Origin: Octopus bimaculoides
Lineage: Eukaryota
Length of the DNA: 64,000 bases
NCBI RefSeq assembly: GCF_001194135.2
Contig: NC_068990.1
Span: 33,439,633-33,503,632 of the forward strand
Direction: 5' to 3'
Under the pieces are notes generated by a model. That model saw only the letters and a list, made by a program, of their open reading frames with translations. It searched no databases and was not told where the DNA came from. The translations under genes were made by a program, and so were the position numbers. This document shows positions 50,301 to 63,394 of this stretch, in pieces; the first letter of the stretch is position 1; the number at the start of each line of letters is the position of its first letter.

Positions 50301-52814
50301 TAAGTATTTACCAATAGTGCCACTTAAAGGCTTGAACACACTGATCATTTGCTTAGATGGGGCCATGGATCTAGGGGTCAGATGCTAATCTATGTATGCT
50401 GTGGTTGTATATGTTGAGGCCCCAGTGCATTGCTTTGTTCTGGGGTTTCTAATACTGTTAATATACCCCTGATTACAGCATGTCATTTGAGAAATGAGAC
50501 ATTTTATAAATGGTATTTTTTAACATGAGTTGATGTAGTTATATGATACTTTTCTCATCCAGGCATGAATACTTGCCAGAGATTGCCATCAGAGATTTTT
50601 GCTTTTCTCCTAATTAGCACGTGTCATATATTTCTTTTAACTACTGTTGCTCCAACCAGCTGTCTGAAGTAGTTCCTGTTTGGTGACATGGTCTTGATTC
50701 CATATCTAAAATACTGACTTGTATATGTGTGTGTGTGTGTGTGTGTGTATGTGAGTGGTGTTTAAAACTGCACCATTCATTTGATGCACATGTAACCATA
50801 AAATACAACCTTTGAAGCCATACGTATACATAGTAAACCAACATTTTATAGATGTGGCTTTGGAAAATTAGCATGTAATAAGTTGGAAGTGGCTCTGTTA
50901 ATGCATCAAAGCATTTCAAGAATGAGCTTTGCCAACATCCTAGTCATTGCTGAAAGTTGAACAGATCACACACTGAACTATCTACACAGCACATTATATA
51001 AATGTTCATCTTCAGATGCATGCTAGCATAGAATACTTCATTAAAGTGAACTGGAATAAATAAGCATTCCTGTTTCATAATATTTTCGTTCCCCACATAG
51101 CAGTTGCTTCCCCATTATGTTGAATAGTAACTGGATCATTGTTCAGAAGGTTTCTAGTCAGCCTGGCTTTCTAAAGGTAACGCATGGTTGCAGGATGATT
51201 CATGCTTCTGGCTGATGCAGCACTGTCGATGTTACCACAGTGCCAGATGATGCAAATATCTGGATGATCCAAAGAATTGAAGAGTCCAAAGAGTTGGATG
51301 ATCTACATAGTGCTGAATGAACTACTACAACAGTGCTTTTATGCTGAAATCTTTGGCAAAATCAGTTACAACAAAGGAGATACTCATGTTGTGTTCAAAC
51401 AGTTTACCTGTGGCTCTTTTACTGGAAGCATTACATTGTGCTTCAATTAAGGTGAAATACTCACAGTGATACACAAAGGTTGGCTACCATGATTAGCTCT
51501 CTTTGAATGGTGCTGATTATGAATTTAGCCATCAATATACAGCAATTATAGATCACTTTAATCACCCTAGTAATCACCTCAGTAATTATGTACCACTATA
51601 ATAACCATAGCTATACTGTTCTCATTTTTCCCCTTGTACAATGTTATCATCACACTGTCTCCATGATAGTCTGGTGACATTTTACCCTCCTGGATAGTGG
51701 TCAAAATGTTTAGAAGAACATTCAAGATAAACTAAAGTGATGGAAGTGCAATTTAAAACAAAGATGAAGTAGAAGACAAAAATAACAAAATGAATCACAT
51801 TTCTCACTTTACCCATGTGATATGTATGAAAGATTACAATGTTGTAGTCCAAGCCTAGGACAGCATTGTTTTAAAGTGGGAGTGGGGCTATAGAAGATAT
51901 TCTAAGCATTACCATCCTGTATTTTTTTAGGAATAGTGTGTCCAAAACAATATTAACCAATGTATCCTTCCATTTGCCCAAGATGTTAGGATGTAATTTG
52001 AAGGATTTTTGGCTGTTATTTCTAGCATGTCATGTGTTCATCTGCATGGTGTAAATGCAGAACTTCAGAAATGTAGTGAGACTGAAGTGACACCTATAGT
52101 GCTGCCACTATGTTCATAGACAAATGGAAGCAAAGACAATATTCGTTGCTGCACCATTTCGACATTTCATTACAAATGGGCAAGTTTCTGAAAGATTGTC
52201 TTATGTCATTTTTTAGATTCCTTTTTTGCAGGAAACCACTATACAAAAAATTTGGAGTGAGATTTCTTATCAATGGCATAAAGTGAACATAGCTACATGC
52301 GTGTTGTCCATGGACATAAGTGATACAACACAAGAGAAGTCTGAAATCTAGACTTTATCTTCACTTGTCCAGTATTTTAACTGAAATAAATTAACATGCA
52401 CAAGTGATCAGAACAACAACAGCAACAATCAAAAACTGGTAAAGTAATATTTACATGGATTAAAAGTAGCAGAAATAACTCAACCTAAAACACTTAGAAT
52501 TATTTCATAGTTTAGTGGCTGAAAATGATAAGAGAATAAAAGAATATATATATATATATATATATACAGCTGTAAGATTTTGTCCCTTCTTCGGTTGCTA
52601 GATGTCCTTTTGAATTTGAAATTTTAATTGTTGATATATGACATAATAGTATGTCATATGTGTCTATATATTGTCTTTATTGTCCTTTTGGTTGTAAAAT
52701 AAACGGATTAATCAACAGAGTACAGTGTCTGCAAGTTGATGAGTACCTCATATTCTCCTCCATTTTCTTATTGCTATATATATATATATATACTTGAGTT
52801 ATAATCAAAACATG

Positions 52815-53069
52815 TTGGTATATTCTTTTACATGTTTCAGTCATTTGACTGTGGCCATCATGGAGTACCACCTTTATTCGAACAAATTGACCTCAGGACT
52901 TATTCTTTATAAGCACAGTACTTATTCTATCGGTCTCTTTTGCTGAACTGCCAGTGTTATGGGAACGTAAACACATCAACATCAGTTGTCATGCAATGGT
53001 AGAGGAACAAACAGACACACAAACACACACACACACACTTGCACACACACACACACACACACACACTTG

Positions 53070-53103
<34 letters not shown>

Positions 53104-53278
53104 CACACACACACATGACAGGGTTCTTTCAGTTTCCGTCTACCAAATCCACTCACAAGGCTTTGATTGACCCACGGCTATAGTAGAAGACATCTGCCTA
53201 AGGTGCCATGCAATGGGACTGAACTCGAAACCATGTGGTTGGTAAGCAAGCTACTAACCACAGAGTCATTCCTGCGTT
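52815..53278 (-). mobile_element. SINE family A
   Basis: Both halves plus (AC)n spacer. Confidence 0.85.
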
Positions 53279-53291
53279 TATGATGGCGATA

Positions 53292-53331
<40 letters not shown>

Positions 53332-54570
53332 TTTATTAAGGTGGTGAACTGGCAGAACCATTAGCACACTGGGTGAAATACTTAGCAGTATTTTGTACAT
53401 CTTTATGGTCTGAGTTCAAATTCCACTGAGGCTGAATTGCCTTTCATCCTTTCAAGGATTGATAAATTTAGTACCAGTGAAACATTGGGGTCGATGTAAT
53501 CGACTAGTCCCCTCCAACCAAACTTCAGGCCTCGTGCTTTAAGTAGAAAGGATTATTATTGTTATTGTTGTTGTTATTATTATTTTATTTCTCAAAGCTC
53601 TGGTCGATTCTGTGAGAGCGGACAGCAACCTGTTGTCAGAAGCCTTGTGCCAAATTCTTAAACCATTATTACTATTATTATTATGAATCATCACTGCTGC
53701 ATCATCATCATCATCATCATCACCATTGTCATTAGTAGTAGTAGTAGTAATATCAGAAGCAACAGCAATATTGATAGTTAGCAACACACACTAAATTTAT
53801 TTTAATCTGGAGATAGAACATCTCACATTAACAGAAGGGAAACAAAATGAAATTATGTGATATTTTATGTCTTTCTCAGAGGTAATAATGATGATGTATG
53901 CACTGTGAAATTGCTGGCAGTGGGAATTGAAACTGGGTTGTACTGTTAACCCTATAGCATTCTGTACTTTCATCTTCGGCATTGATCTCAATGGAATTTA
54001 GCAATGTAAATGAAGTGAAATGTTTTGAACTGTGGAATAGAAATAGAAAGATATCCTTGGTTGTCAATAAGGTTACACCTAGTTCATATTATGTCCCCTA
54101 CAAGGGATACAATTCCAGTATTAAAACACACAATTATCACCAGAGAGAGAATTAAAACAACAAACCAAATAAATATATGGAGAAAAAACAAAAACAACAG
54201 AAAGGGAAGACTACATTGATAGATTTAAAAATTTCAATTTATATTGAAAATGTTATGAAATGGAATAAAGAACATTTATTTCACAAGAGACCAGTAAAAG
54301 TAGTGATTGCACATTATGTAAATTGAGGCTGAATTAGATCTTATGAGTTGAGATAATTCTATTTATTCGTGTTGAGGAACTGAAGATGGTAAAAGCCCCT
54401 ACAGATTATCAAAATCAGAATGTTCAACAAATCCATTATTTACAGGGGAGCTATCATTCTTTTTTATAATAGTTTCATTAATTTAGTTTTATCGTTTGTT
54501 TGATTTATATGTTTTGTTATTAAACTAAGACATCATATCTGTTGCTTTTATTTACAGTTATTATCAACTA

Positions 54571-54781
54571 CCCTACAATCATCATCTCACTAAAATCGTT
54601 AAGATCATTCTTTATCAACAGTTTGGTAAATTCTTCAAGGTGCAGAGAAGTTCCTGGTGATTTAAATGTATGATCCAGTACCCTAGAGAGGAGTATGACA
54701 ATTTCTCCTGAACTAAAATCACTTGTGAAGTCAAAATTGAAATTGGATAGAATAAATTGCAAAATCAAATAACCTCCATTT
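54571..54781 (-). pseudogene. Possible decayed APE endonuclease fragment of an L1/Tx1-type LINE
   Basis: GGYLILQFILSNFNF..DFSSGEIVIL..VLD....LEEFTKLLIKNDLNDF resembles by eye DGRYLIL...N.F / II.GGDFN.VLD / L..L...DL.D, with the catalytic motifs lost. Confidence 0.35.
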
Positions 54782-54795
54782 CTGAAGTGTATACT

Positions 54796-55200
54796 TTTTA
54801 CTCTTTTACTTGTTTCAGTCATTTGACTGCGGCCATGCTGGGGCACCGCCTTTAGTCGAGCAAATCGACCCCAGGACTTATTTTTGTAAGCCTAGTACTT
54901 ATTCTATCGGTCTCTTTTTCCCGAACCGCTATGTTACGGGGATGTAAACACACCAGCATCGGTTGTCAAGCGAAGTTGGAGGGACAAACACAGACACACA
55001 AACATATAGACATACATACATACATATATATATATATACATATATACGATGGGCTTCTTTCAGTTTCCATCTACCAAATCCACTCACAAGGCTTTGGTCG
55101 GCCCGAGGCTATAGTAGAAGACACTTGCCCAAGGTGCCACGCAGTGGGACTGAACCCAGAATCATGTGGTTGGTAAACAAGCTACTTACCACACAATCAC
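54796..55200 (-). mobile_element. SINE family A, well-preserved copy
   Basis: Close to the consensus of the other copies. Confidence 0.9.
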
Positions 55201-55874
55201 TTTGTTTCATATTACTCAAGTTCACTCAGCTGTAGAAATGAATAGCAACACCACTGGTGCCAAGCTATATTGGCTTTTTGCCTTTCTCTTGGATAACATT
55301 GGTGGTGTAGAGAGGAGAGGCTGGTATGCATGGGTGACTGCTGGTTTTCCATAAAAAAGCCTTGTCTGGACTTGCGCCTTGGAGAGGAACTTTCTAGGTG
55401 CAATCCCATGGTCATTCATGACAAGCACCTCCCGAACAAGCCATCTCCCCAACACCTCCCTCCTTCCTCCCACTCCCTTCTATCTTCCACTCTCCCTCTC
55501 AAACATACCTGCACGCAATTTGTCTCTTTTAAAATTCTTCCCCATGATATATCCTCAAAATACCCACTTCCCTACTTGTGCCCACTCACAACATTCCCTC
55601 CCTGCTTCAAGACCCACCATCCTTTTGTAATCTCATGAATTTATCCACCCACTCCCCTTCTCCAATTCCTGATTCACTTCACTATATAAATTTCCCCCCT
55701 TAATCCTTCCCCCCTCACCTCCTGTCACATCTTTACCATCTTCTCTCTCTTTCTCCATCTGAGACAGTTTTGTTTCTCCTCTACTGCAAGGCACCTTTTT
55801 CTGTCCCTCAGGACAGCACCTGCCTCAGTTGAGGGGTCTTGTCTTGCAAGTTACTTGCATTTAATACTTAAATA

Positions 55875-56062
55875 CTTTAGCACCTAAAGCAACCAGATCC
55901 AGCCAATGTATTCAAACGAACCAGATCTGGCCTCTCACACCAACCCAACAATGTCATCCTAAAAATATCAAAATCTTAAAATTACAAGCTAATGCATGAT
56001 TAATTCAAAACAATGTGAATGAATAAACATTACATTTGACAGAGTAATCTGAATGCTAAAGG
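55875..56062. mobile_element. piggyBac-type MITE (same family as 24913-25616)
   Basis: Shared body ccagatctggcctctcacaccaac...aatgtcat; right end aatgctaaagg. Confidence 0.6.
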
Positions 56063-57984
56063 ACTGAGCCTCTATTGGTTATGTCTTTCACTTCAGACTG
56101 GGGGACTTAGCATGGTGTCTAATCACTGATTCATTAAAAGGTCAATATTTATAAAAGAGAGAGAGAGAGAGAGAGATATGATTGTTTGAAGAATGTTCTG
56201 TATGTTACTGTTTCCAGTTCTGTAATGAACCCCAAATAACAGAGGGGATTGAAACTATATGTTGTTTGTTGGTCTAATTCTCCAGTGTTTATTACAGTAG
56301 CAGCAGCAGCAGCCAAAACACCATCACTATTCTATGTACACAATACACAATACATTTGTATTGCTATTATGACTAATAATTAAGTACAGTTATTTTAAAA
56401 ATGAAAGCTATTATGTGTTTAAATCTAGTTAAAAAGGGATTAGAAATCAATAGAAATAAAATATGAGCTTTTCTTTTTTGTTGTAGTTGATGAATACAAT
56501 TACTTTATTTTGTAATTTTCTTTGAAGGTGAAAATTAAAAAGCAAGGAAAAAATGAGAGAAATATATAGAAATTTGAGATAGTATTTTGATTCTTCATAA
56601 AAGTACTTCAAATATGAAATATCAAAACTGTTGATGCATCAGCGGCACCAAAGATAGGTGATTATTCCTCTATCTAATAATGAAATAGTGATTTTGTTCC
56701 TTGTTTTTATATTCTCTATTTTCCTACTTTTTATTGCAGTGTTTATTATTTATTTTTGGCTATTGTATTTCTAAAAGAGATCAAAGGCCAGAGATATAGA
56801 TTTATAAAGCTATTTTATCGATAAAAATCTTAATGCAAATAGATTAAAGCATCCCACCCTGTAAAAACCAACCAAACATTGTAAAACAGAGGAGGGAAAA
56901 ATATTGTTTGTTTTGATGGAAATTATGTCAAAAACATATCCAAAGTCTGCCACAGTAAAATTATAATTGCTACATAAGTACAGACAACAAACCAGCTACT
57001 GTTAAAAGTCACCACTCTGCCGCCATACAGCAATTCACCCTACTAATGTGGTACTACATTGATGGCTTCTCTCTACAATAGTTGGCAACAATCTGAAACA
57101 GAATGCAGTGAAAAATTAATGTATCAATATTTTTAGAATGCAACCATGTTTTATTCATATTTGAGATGGTTCTATTGATTTCCAGCATTTAAAGTGCTAT
57201 GATTTTTGGTACACTATTCCAAATTCTTCACTCGATTTGGTTTATTTATTTATTTATTTAAAACAATAAATGCTGGTTTTCCCTGAGTTCAATAATGAGA
57301 ACAAAATTAGCATCTAATACTGATTGATAAACAGTTTAATGATTAAGGAAGACTATAAACCCAAACTGGATAAATACTTAACTATTTTAAAAGACTTTAA
57401 CAGTAAATAATACAATATTTCAATCATTGCTGTTTCATAACTGTAATTTGGTAATGGTTATTATATACCAATGAGAATCTCTGTCAGAATCAGCGCAATA
57501 AAAAAAAATTTCATTCATAGCAAAACAGAATACAAAATACAACAGATTAAAGTTTAATGAATATTTATTAGAAAAATTGTTACAGTCTACAAATGTAATA
57601 ACATTGGAATTATAAACAAGCCGCTAGATAAGATTAGTTATTCATACTGCTGATATAAATTTTATATTAGTACACCTATGAATGTTAGTGATTAATCTTG
57701 TATATCAAAGTCTTTATGTTTAAGAGTGAGGTTGGTGTGAAGCGAGGGTGAAGTGAGAGAATAATCAATATTTGTGCTGTCATTCATCAAACATACACAC
57801 AAAACTGCAGCGAGAGAAATATTAGCACAAAATTATTCAATACAAAATAGATATGTCTATTTTCTAAAAACTAATGATGAATCTAAAAACACTTGATTGT
57901 GTTACAACATCATGTTTTAAACATTTCAACCATCACAATACACCCAGAAAACATGCCCAAACAAATAATAATGATAATAATAAG

Positions 57985-58822
57985 CCTTTTTACTATAGGC
58001 ACAATGCCTGAAATTTGGTGGGAGAGGGGCAGTTGATTACATCGACCCTAGTACTCAACTGGTACTTAATTAATCGACCCCAAAAGGATGAAAGGCAATG
58101 TCAACCTCAGTGGAATTTGAACTCAGAACGCAGCGTCAGAAGAAACACTGCTAAGTATTTTGCCTGGCATGCTAATGATTCTGCCAGCTAGCCGCCTCAC
58201 TAACAATAATAATAATTCTTTCTACTAAATGCACAAGGCCTGAAATTTTGGGGGAGGAGACTAGTCGATCACATCGACCCCAGTACTTCACTGGTACTTA
58301 ATTTATTGACCCTGAAAGGATGAAAGGCAATGTTGACCTCGGCAGAATTTGAACCAATAAGAATAATAATAATAATGATGATGATAGATACAAGGCCTGA
58401 CATTTTGTGGAAGGAGTCTATTCGATTGCATTAACCTCAATTTTCAACTAGTACACATTTTAACAACCCTGAAAGGATGAAAGGCAAAACCAACCTTGGT
58501 AGAATTTGAACTCAGAACATATAGCACAAGAAGAAATGCCGCTAAACATTTTGTCCAGCACAGTAACAACTCCACCAGCTCACCTCTCTAATAATAATGA
58601 TAATGATAATCTTTTCTATTATAGGCACAAGGATAGCAATTTTGAGGGAGAGGATAAGTTGATTACATCGACCCCAGTGTTCAACTGGTACTTACTTTAT
58701 CGACCCTGAAAGGATGAAAGGCAAAGTCGACCTCAGCGGAATTTGAACTCAGAACACAAAGACAAATGAAAGGCAGCTAAGCATTTTGCCCAGTGTCCTA
58801 ACGATTTCGCTAGCTCATTGCC

Positions 58823-58865
<43 letters not shown>

Positions 58866-59280
58866 TAATAATGATAATACTTTCTAATATAGCCACAAGG
58901 CCTGAAATCTGGGGGAAGGGTATAGTCGATTACATCAACCCCAGTGTTTAACTGGTACTTAATTTATCGACCATGGAAGGATGAAGAGTAAAGTCAACCT
59001 TGGCAGAGTTTGAACTCAGAACATAAAGACAGACGAAATGCCGCTAAGCATTTCACCCGGCATGCTAATGATTCTGCCAGCTTGCTTCTTTAATAATAAT
59101 AATAATGATCATGATCCTTTCTACTATAGGCAAAAGGTCTGAAATTTTGGGGGAAGGGATTAAGTCAATTACATTGACCCTAGTGCTTAACTGGTACCTT
59201 TAGTGGTATTTGAACTCAGAACATAAAGAGCTGGAAGAAATGTTGCTGAACAACAATTCTGTAAGCTCAGCACCTTAATG
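57985..59280 (-). mobile_element. Head-to-tail array of six SINE family B copies separated by (AAT/GAT)n tails
   Basis: Units start at about 57985, 58217, 58388, 58611, 58879 and 59116; each has its own substitutions or deletions. Confidence 0.9.
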
Positions 59281-61406
59281 ATGATGGTGATGATGATAGA
59301 ATCAACAACAACAACAACAATTTAAAATGCAAAATAGTAGCAGCTTTAATTTCTTGACATCCAAATACAAGATGTGTACCTCATGGTTAGTCAACAGTTT
59401 GATGTAAAAGTGTGGAGAAAGGTAACTTGTACTGGATATTCTCATGTTCCTTGCTGGTTTCTAGAGCAAAACAGGCCAAGATTGAATTTTACTTATACCA
59501 TAACAAGCAATCATGAATATATTTACACCTTTAAGGAATTCAATGGATCCCTGACCACAGTCTTAGTACTGAAGCATACCAGAAGTTTACTGTTCTGCTA
59601 ACATGATAGTTACCGATATATCGTTTGCAAATGTAACTTAGAATTCAACAAAAGACTGTTTGCATGTTATTTAGACATCTTAAAACAGCATGTCTAGAGT
59701 TATTCAAAAGGAATGAAGAGATATTTCCAGAATGTGTATAAATAGAAATCTATTGTTGTGGTTACTAACTGCAGGAGTTGATAACTGAGCCAATGACAAG
59801 ACATTATATTCTTGCAGAAGTAATGAAAGGAAATCCGGATATACTGATGTTTTACGAGAAGTCTGTAGCACTGTTTATATAAATGGAAGCTCACATATAG
59901 ATTTTCTCCGACGTCAAACTAATTAAAACTAAGAAATAACATCATTTTGACTAATAAGAATGATAGTTTCATTACTAACTGTGAAAAGAGGTTTGTGATT
60001 TAGTGGTCAATACATAATTAACATTTAAGGGGCACACATATTAATGGTAGCGTTGTGGAAAGGTATCATGTATGTACTAGATTTACAGTACAAAGAATAG
60101 ACGACTGTGTGGGCAAAATAATTAGAAATTACATGAATTCTTTAATGAATAAATGAGCATGGATTGAACTGTCTAATAAATTTGGATAATTCTACAATGA
60201 TAATGGAGATGAAGAAATTAGGGAATAGTTGAAAGAAAACTGCACAATCTATGTCTCTCTAACTTTACATTCCACTACAATCAGTTGTATTACATGTCAT
60301 TTAATATCACTTAGATGTAATACTGCCTCACAAACTACAGTTAATGTCACATCATTTAATGACTTCTGTAAACGCTGCCTTTCATTTTATAGCTAACCCT
60401 TTCAATTCTACTGCTACAAATTGTGTTCTTAATGGCAATTAACACTGAATTATCTGCTGAAATCAATTGACAAAGAACTAACAGTTGGACAACTGAGGCT
60501 GCTGGTAATACTTTGTCTACCAATACTGTCATTGATTTGTTAACCTTAATATAATGTGTGTATGGTGAAATAACTTGCATCAGCTGTTTTGCAAACTGGA
60601 ACAAGGCCAAGGGGAAATCATGAATACTTGAGGAGATTACTGCTGGTCTAAGGTGACAAGAATTAAAGAAATGACAAGAAAAGAATTTGTCACAATTGAA
60701 AGGATGCAGCTACATTTTTGTATGTAATAGATGAGTTGGGGTGGTGTCTAATTGTGTGTTGCCATATAAAGACCAATACACAATGAATAATCACCTGACT
60801 TTTAGCATAAGGCACTACTTGTAATCCATTTGATAAAGTACTGAGCTGCAGACAAAGTGAAAGTAATACTCAGCGGCATAGAGTCTAGTATATTATCACC
60901 CACAATTCTTCTCTTTCCCCATTTCCTTTTTTTATAGCAAATCATAAACTTTTAATGCAATGTTCCCCTCATTGGATGCCACGGATGCAAATAAAAGGTA
61001 TAGAGCTGGCAGAATTACGTGCATGTCAGACAAAACGCTTCCAGTTATTTTTATGCTCTGAGTTCAAATATTGCCAAAATCAACTTTACATTTCACCCAT
61101 TACACTCTTGGGGTAGTTGGCGTTAGGAAGGGCATCCAGCTGTAGAAATCATGCCAAATCAGATTGGAACCTGGTAGAAGTCTCCAGCTTACCAGTTTCA
61201 GTCAAACCATCTAATCCATGCCAGCATGGAAAGCAGATGCTAAATGATGATGATGATTTCACCCTTTTGGGGTTGATAAAATAGGTACCAGTCTGGTACT
61301 GGTGTCAATGTAATCAAATAGTTCCTTCCTCTCAAAATTGCTGGTTGTTTTACAAAAATTAGAAAGAATTATCATCACCACCACCACCACTATTATTATC
61401 ATTATT

Positions 61407-61438
<32 letters not shown>

Positions 61439-61764
61439 GGTAGTGAGTTGGCAGAATCATTAGTGCATCAAACAAAATGCTTTGTAGCATTTCTTCTAGC
61501 TCATTATGTTCCGAGTTCAGATTCCACTAGGGTAAACTTTGCCTTTCTTCCATAAAAGGGTTGATAAAGTAAGTACCTGTTGAGCAGTTGGGGGCAGGGC
61601 ATATGACCTAATTGACTAGTCCCCTCCTATCCAAATTTCAGGCTTTGTGCCAATAGTAGAAAGAATTATCATCATCATCATTATCATTATTAATGTAGAA
61701 AAGATTGAGATAACTCCTCCTGAAGATATAGAATCAAAATTAAAAGAAGAGTGCCATTGTTATC

Positions 61765-61842
61765 TAGTGAACGATATTTCAACATCTTGTGTGTCATCAA
61801 CTGGTTAAAAAAAGACACAAGATGTCGAAATATCGTTCACTA
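61765..61842. repeat. 78-nt hairpin (~29-bp stem)
   Basis: tagtgaacgatatttcaacatcttgtgtgtc / gacacaagatgtcgaaatatcgttcacta. Confidence 0.9.
61770..61806 (-). ncRNA. Degenerate minimal hammerhead-like motif H5
   Basis: AAC-CAGUUGA-U-GACAC(acaa)G[A]UGUU-GAA-AUAU-C-GUU; palindromic AUAU helix III, AUC site; shares the GUUGA core with H3. Confidence 0.45.
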
Positions 61843-62027
61843 AATGCATATCAATATCAATAAAGTAGAGTCCATTTCCACTCTCTCATGAAAATCTGTC
61901 CAATCATGGTGAAGATAACCTTACTTGGAAAGAGGTGAATGTTGGTGACAGGAAGGGCATCCAGTCATAGAAAATCCACCTCAACAAGTTCTGTCCCACC
62001 CACGCAAGCATGGAGATGTGCACATTA

Positions 62028-62058
<31 letters not shown>

Positions 62059-62479
62059 TATTGTTGTTGTTACTTTTGTTATAACAACTTGACATTTGGG
62101 GAATTAATAAAGTTCAATCTCATTGTCAGTCATTTAATCAAAATCAAAGTAGTAGGAAATGACAACAACCAGATGATTGAAGAGGATAAGATTAATGGTT
62201 TATAAGTGATATCTGCCTCATAGGAAGGGAAGATGATCCTCACAGTATGTATGAATTGTCTGGTACATTTCTACAGTTGGCATGTAATATATAGATGTAG
62301 TGTGTCGCATGGAGGGCAACAGTGTGTTGAAGTAGTGTTGCATGAACGATTTCAGTGTGTACACAGAGTATGATATATGGAGGGCATGTAGTGCATTACA
62401 TGAAGAGCCACATGTAGTGCGTTACTTAGAGGACTACTATGTGTAAATGTGGAGTTACATGGAGGATTGTAGTGCATAG

Positions 62480-62760
62480 ATGTGTGCTGTACAGGGGATC
62501 AGAGTATGCAGATATTTGTTAAATAGAGGGCCAAAGAAAAAAGACTGTCTCGTTTGGTCATTTGATGAGGATGGCTGCATACTGAAGTGGCAATCACTTA
62601 AAGTGGATGGAACCTGTGGAAGAGAGAGAGAGACCCAGGAAGACATGGGATGAAATGGTGAAGACTGGTCTCAAGACACTAAGCCTCATAAAGGAGATGA
62701 CAAAGGACCAAAATATCTGGCACCTTGCTGTACCCAAGAAGACCCGCCCGTCATAGCAGA
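62480..62760 (+). mobile_element. Decayed RTE-type LINE ORF 3' end
   Basis: KVDGTCGRE..RPRKTWDEMVKTGLKTLSLIKEMTKDQNIWHLAVPKKTRPS* matches the G.R.RGRPRKTW...DR..WR C-terminus of RTE ORFs. Confidence 0.75.
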
Positions 62761-63394
62761 TTTTATATCCTAAAACTACACTGGTAATACATGTCCCCGA
62801 GGGGGGGGATCTACCCCATTAACCTTCTCCTCTCCCACCCACATTTCCTCTCCTAATACCCACCACTTCTCTTTATCACCAGCGAGCAGAATAGGCACAT
62901 ACTACACATCACTATCACCGCCTGGTCCACGTAGCATAATTGTATTCATTTATATATATTTCATTGAGTTGTTGCTGTTGTATGAATGAGAGACGGGTAG
63001 AGGTGGACGAGGTTACGATGACTGAAAAAGAGAGCAAAAGGGAAGGAAGGTGGTTTGAACAATGAGTTAGGAGAGAAAGAAGTAATAATGGCCAGGTATG
63101 GGAGCACAGAGAGGAGAGTCCCAAAATAACCTGACTTTACTATTCACAGCTGTCAGCAGATTAAACCTGGATAACAAATATTGGTGAAGTATAGAAATGT
63201 AATTACATTGAATATTGAGAGGAATGAGGTGGTGGAGGTGGTGTTGGAAGAGAGCAGTGTGGTTGAAAACGGACAATAGCAAGGTAGCAGGGTTTTATAC
63301 AAGTGGACAATTACTGGAACAACAACAACATAATATTGAGAAAAAAAAATGAAAGAACAAAAAAACAGGAAGACAAAAAGACAAAAATGAGAAA

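Noticed and set aside
52094-52340. About 80-codon minus frame after an acceptor, and a 39-codon plus frame after another
   Set aside because: Competing candidates on both strands, no homology and no phase-linked neighbours.
60356-60610. 84-aa minus ORF with a good acceptor at about 60598
   Set aside because: No recognisable domain, and donor phases do not link to the other candidate exons.
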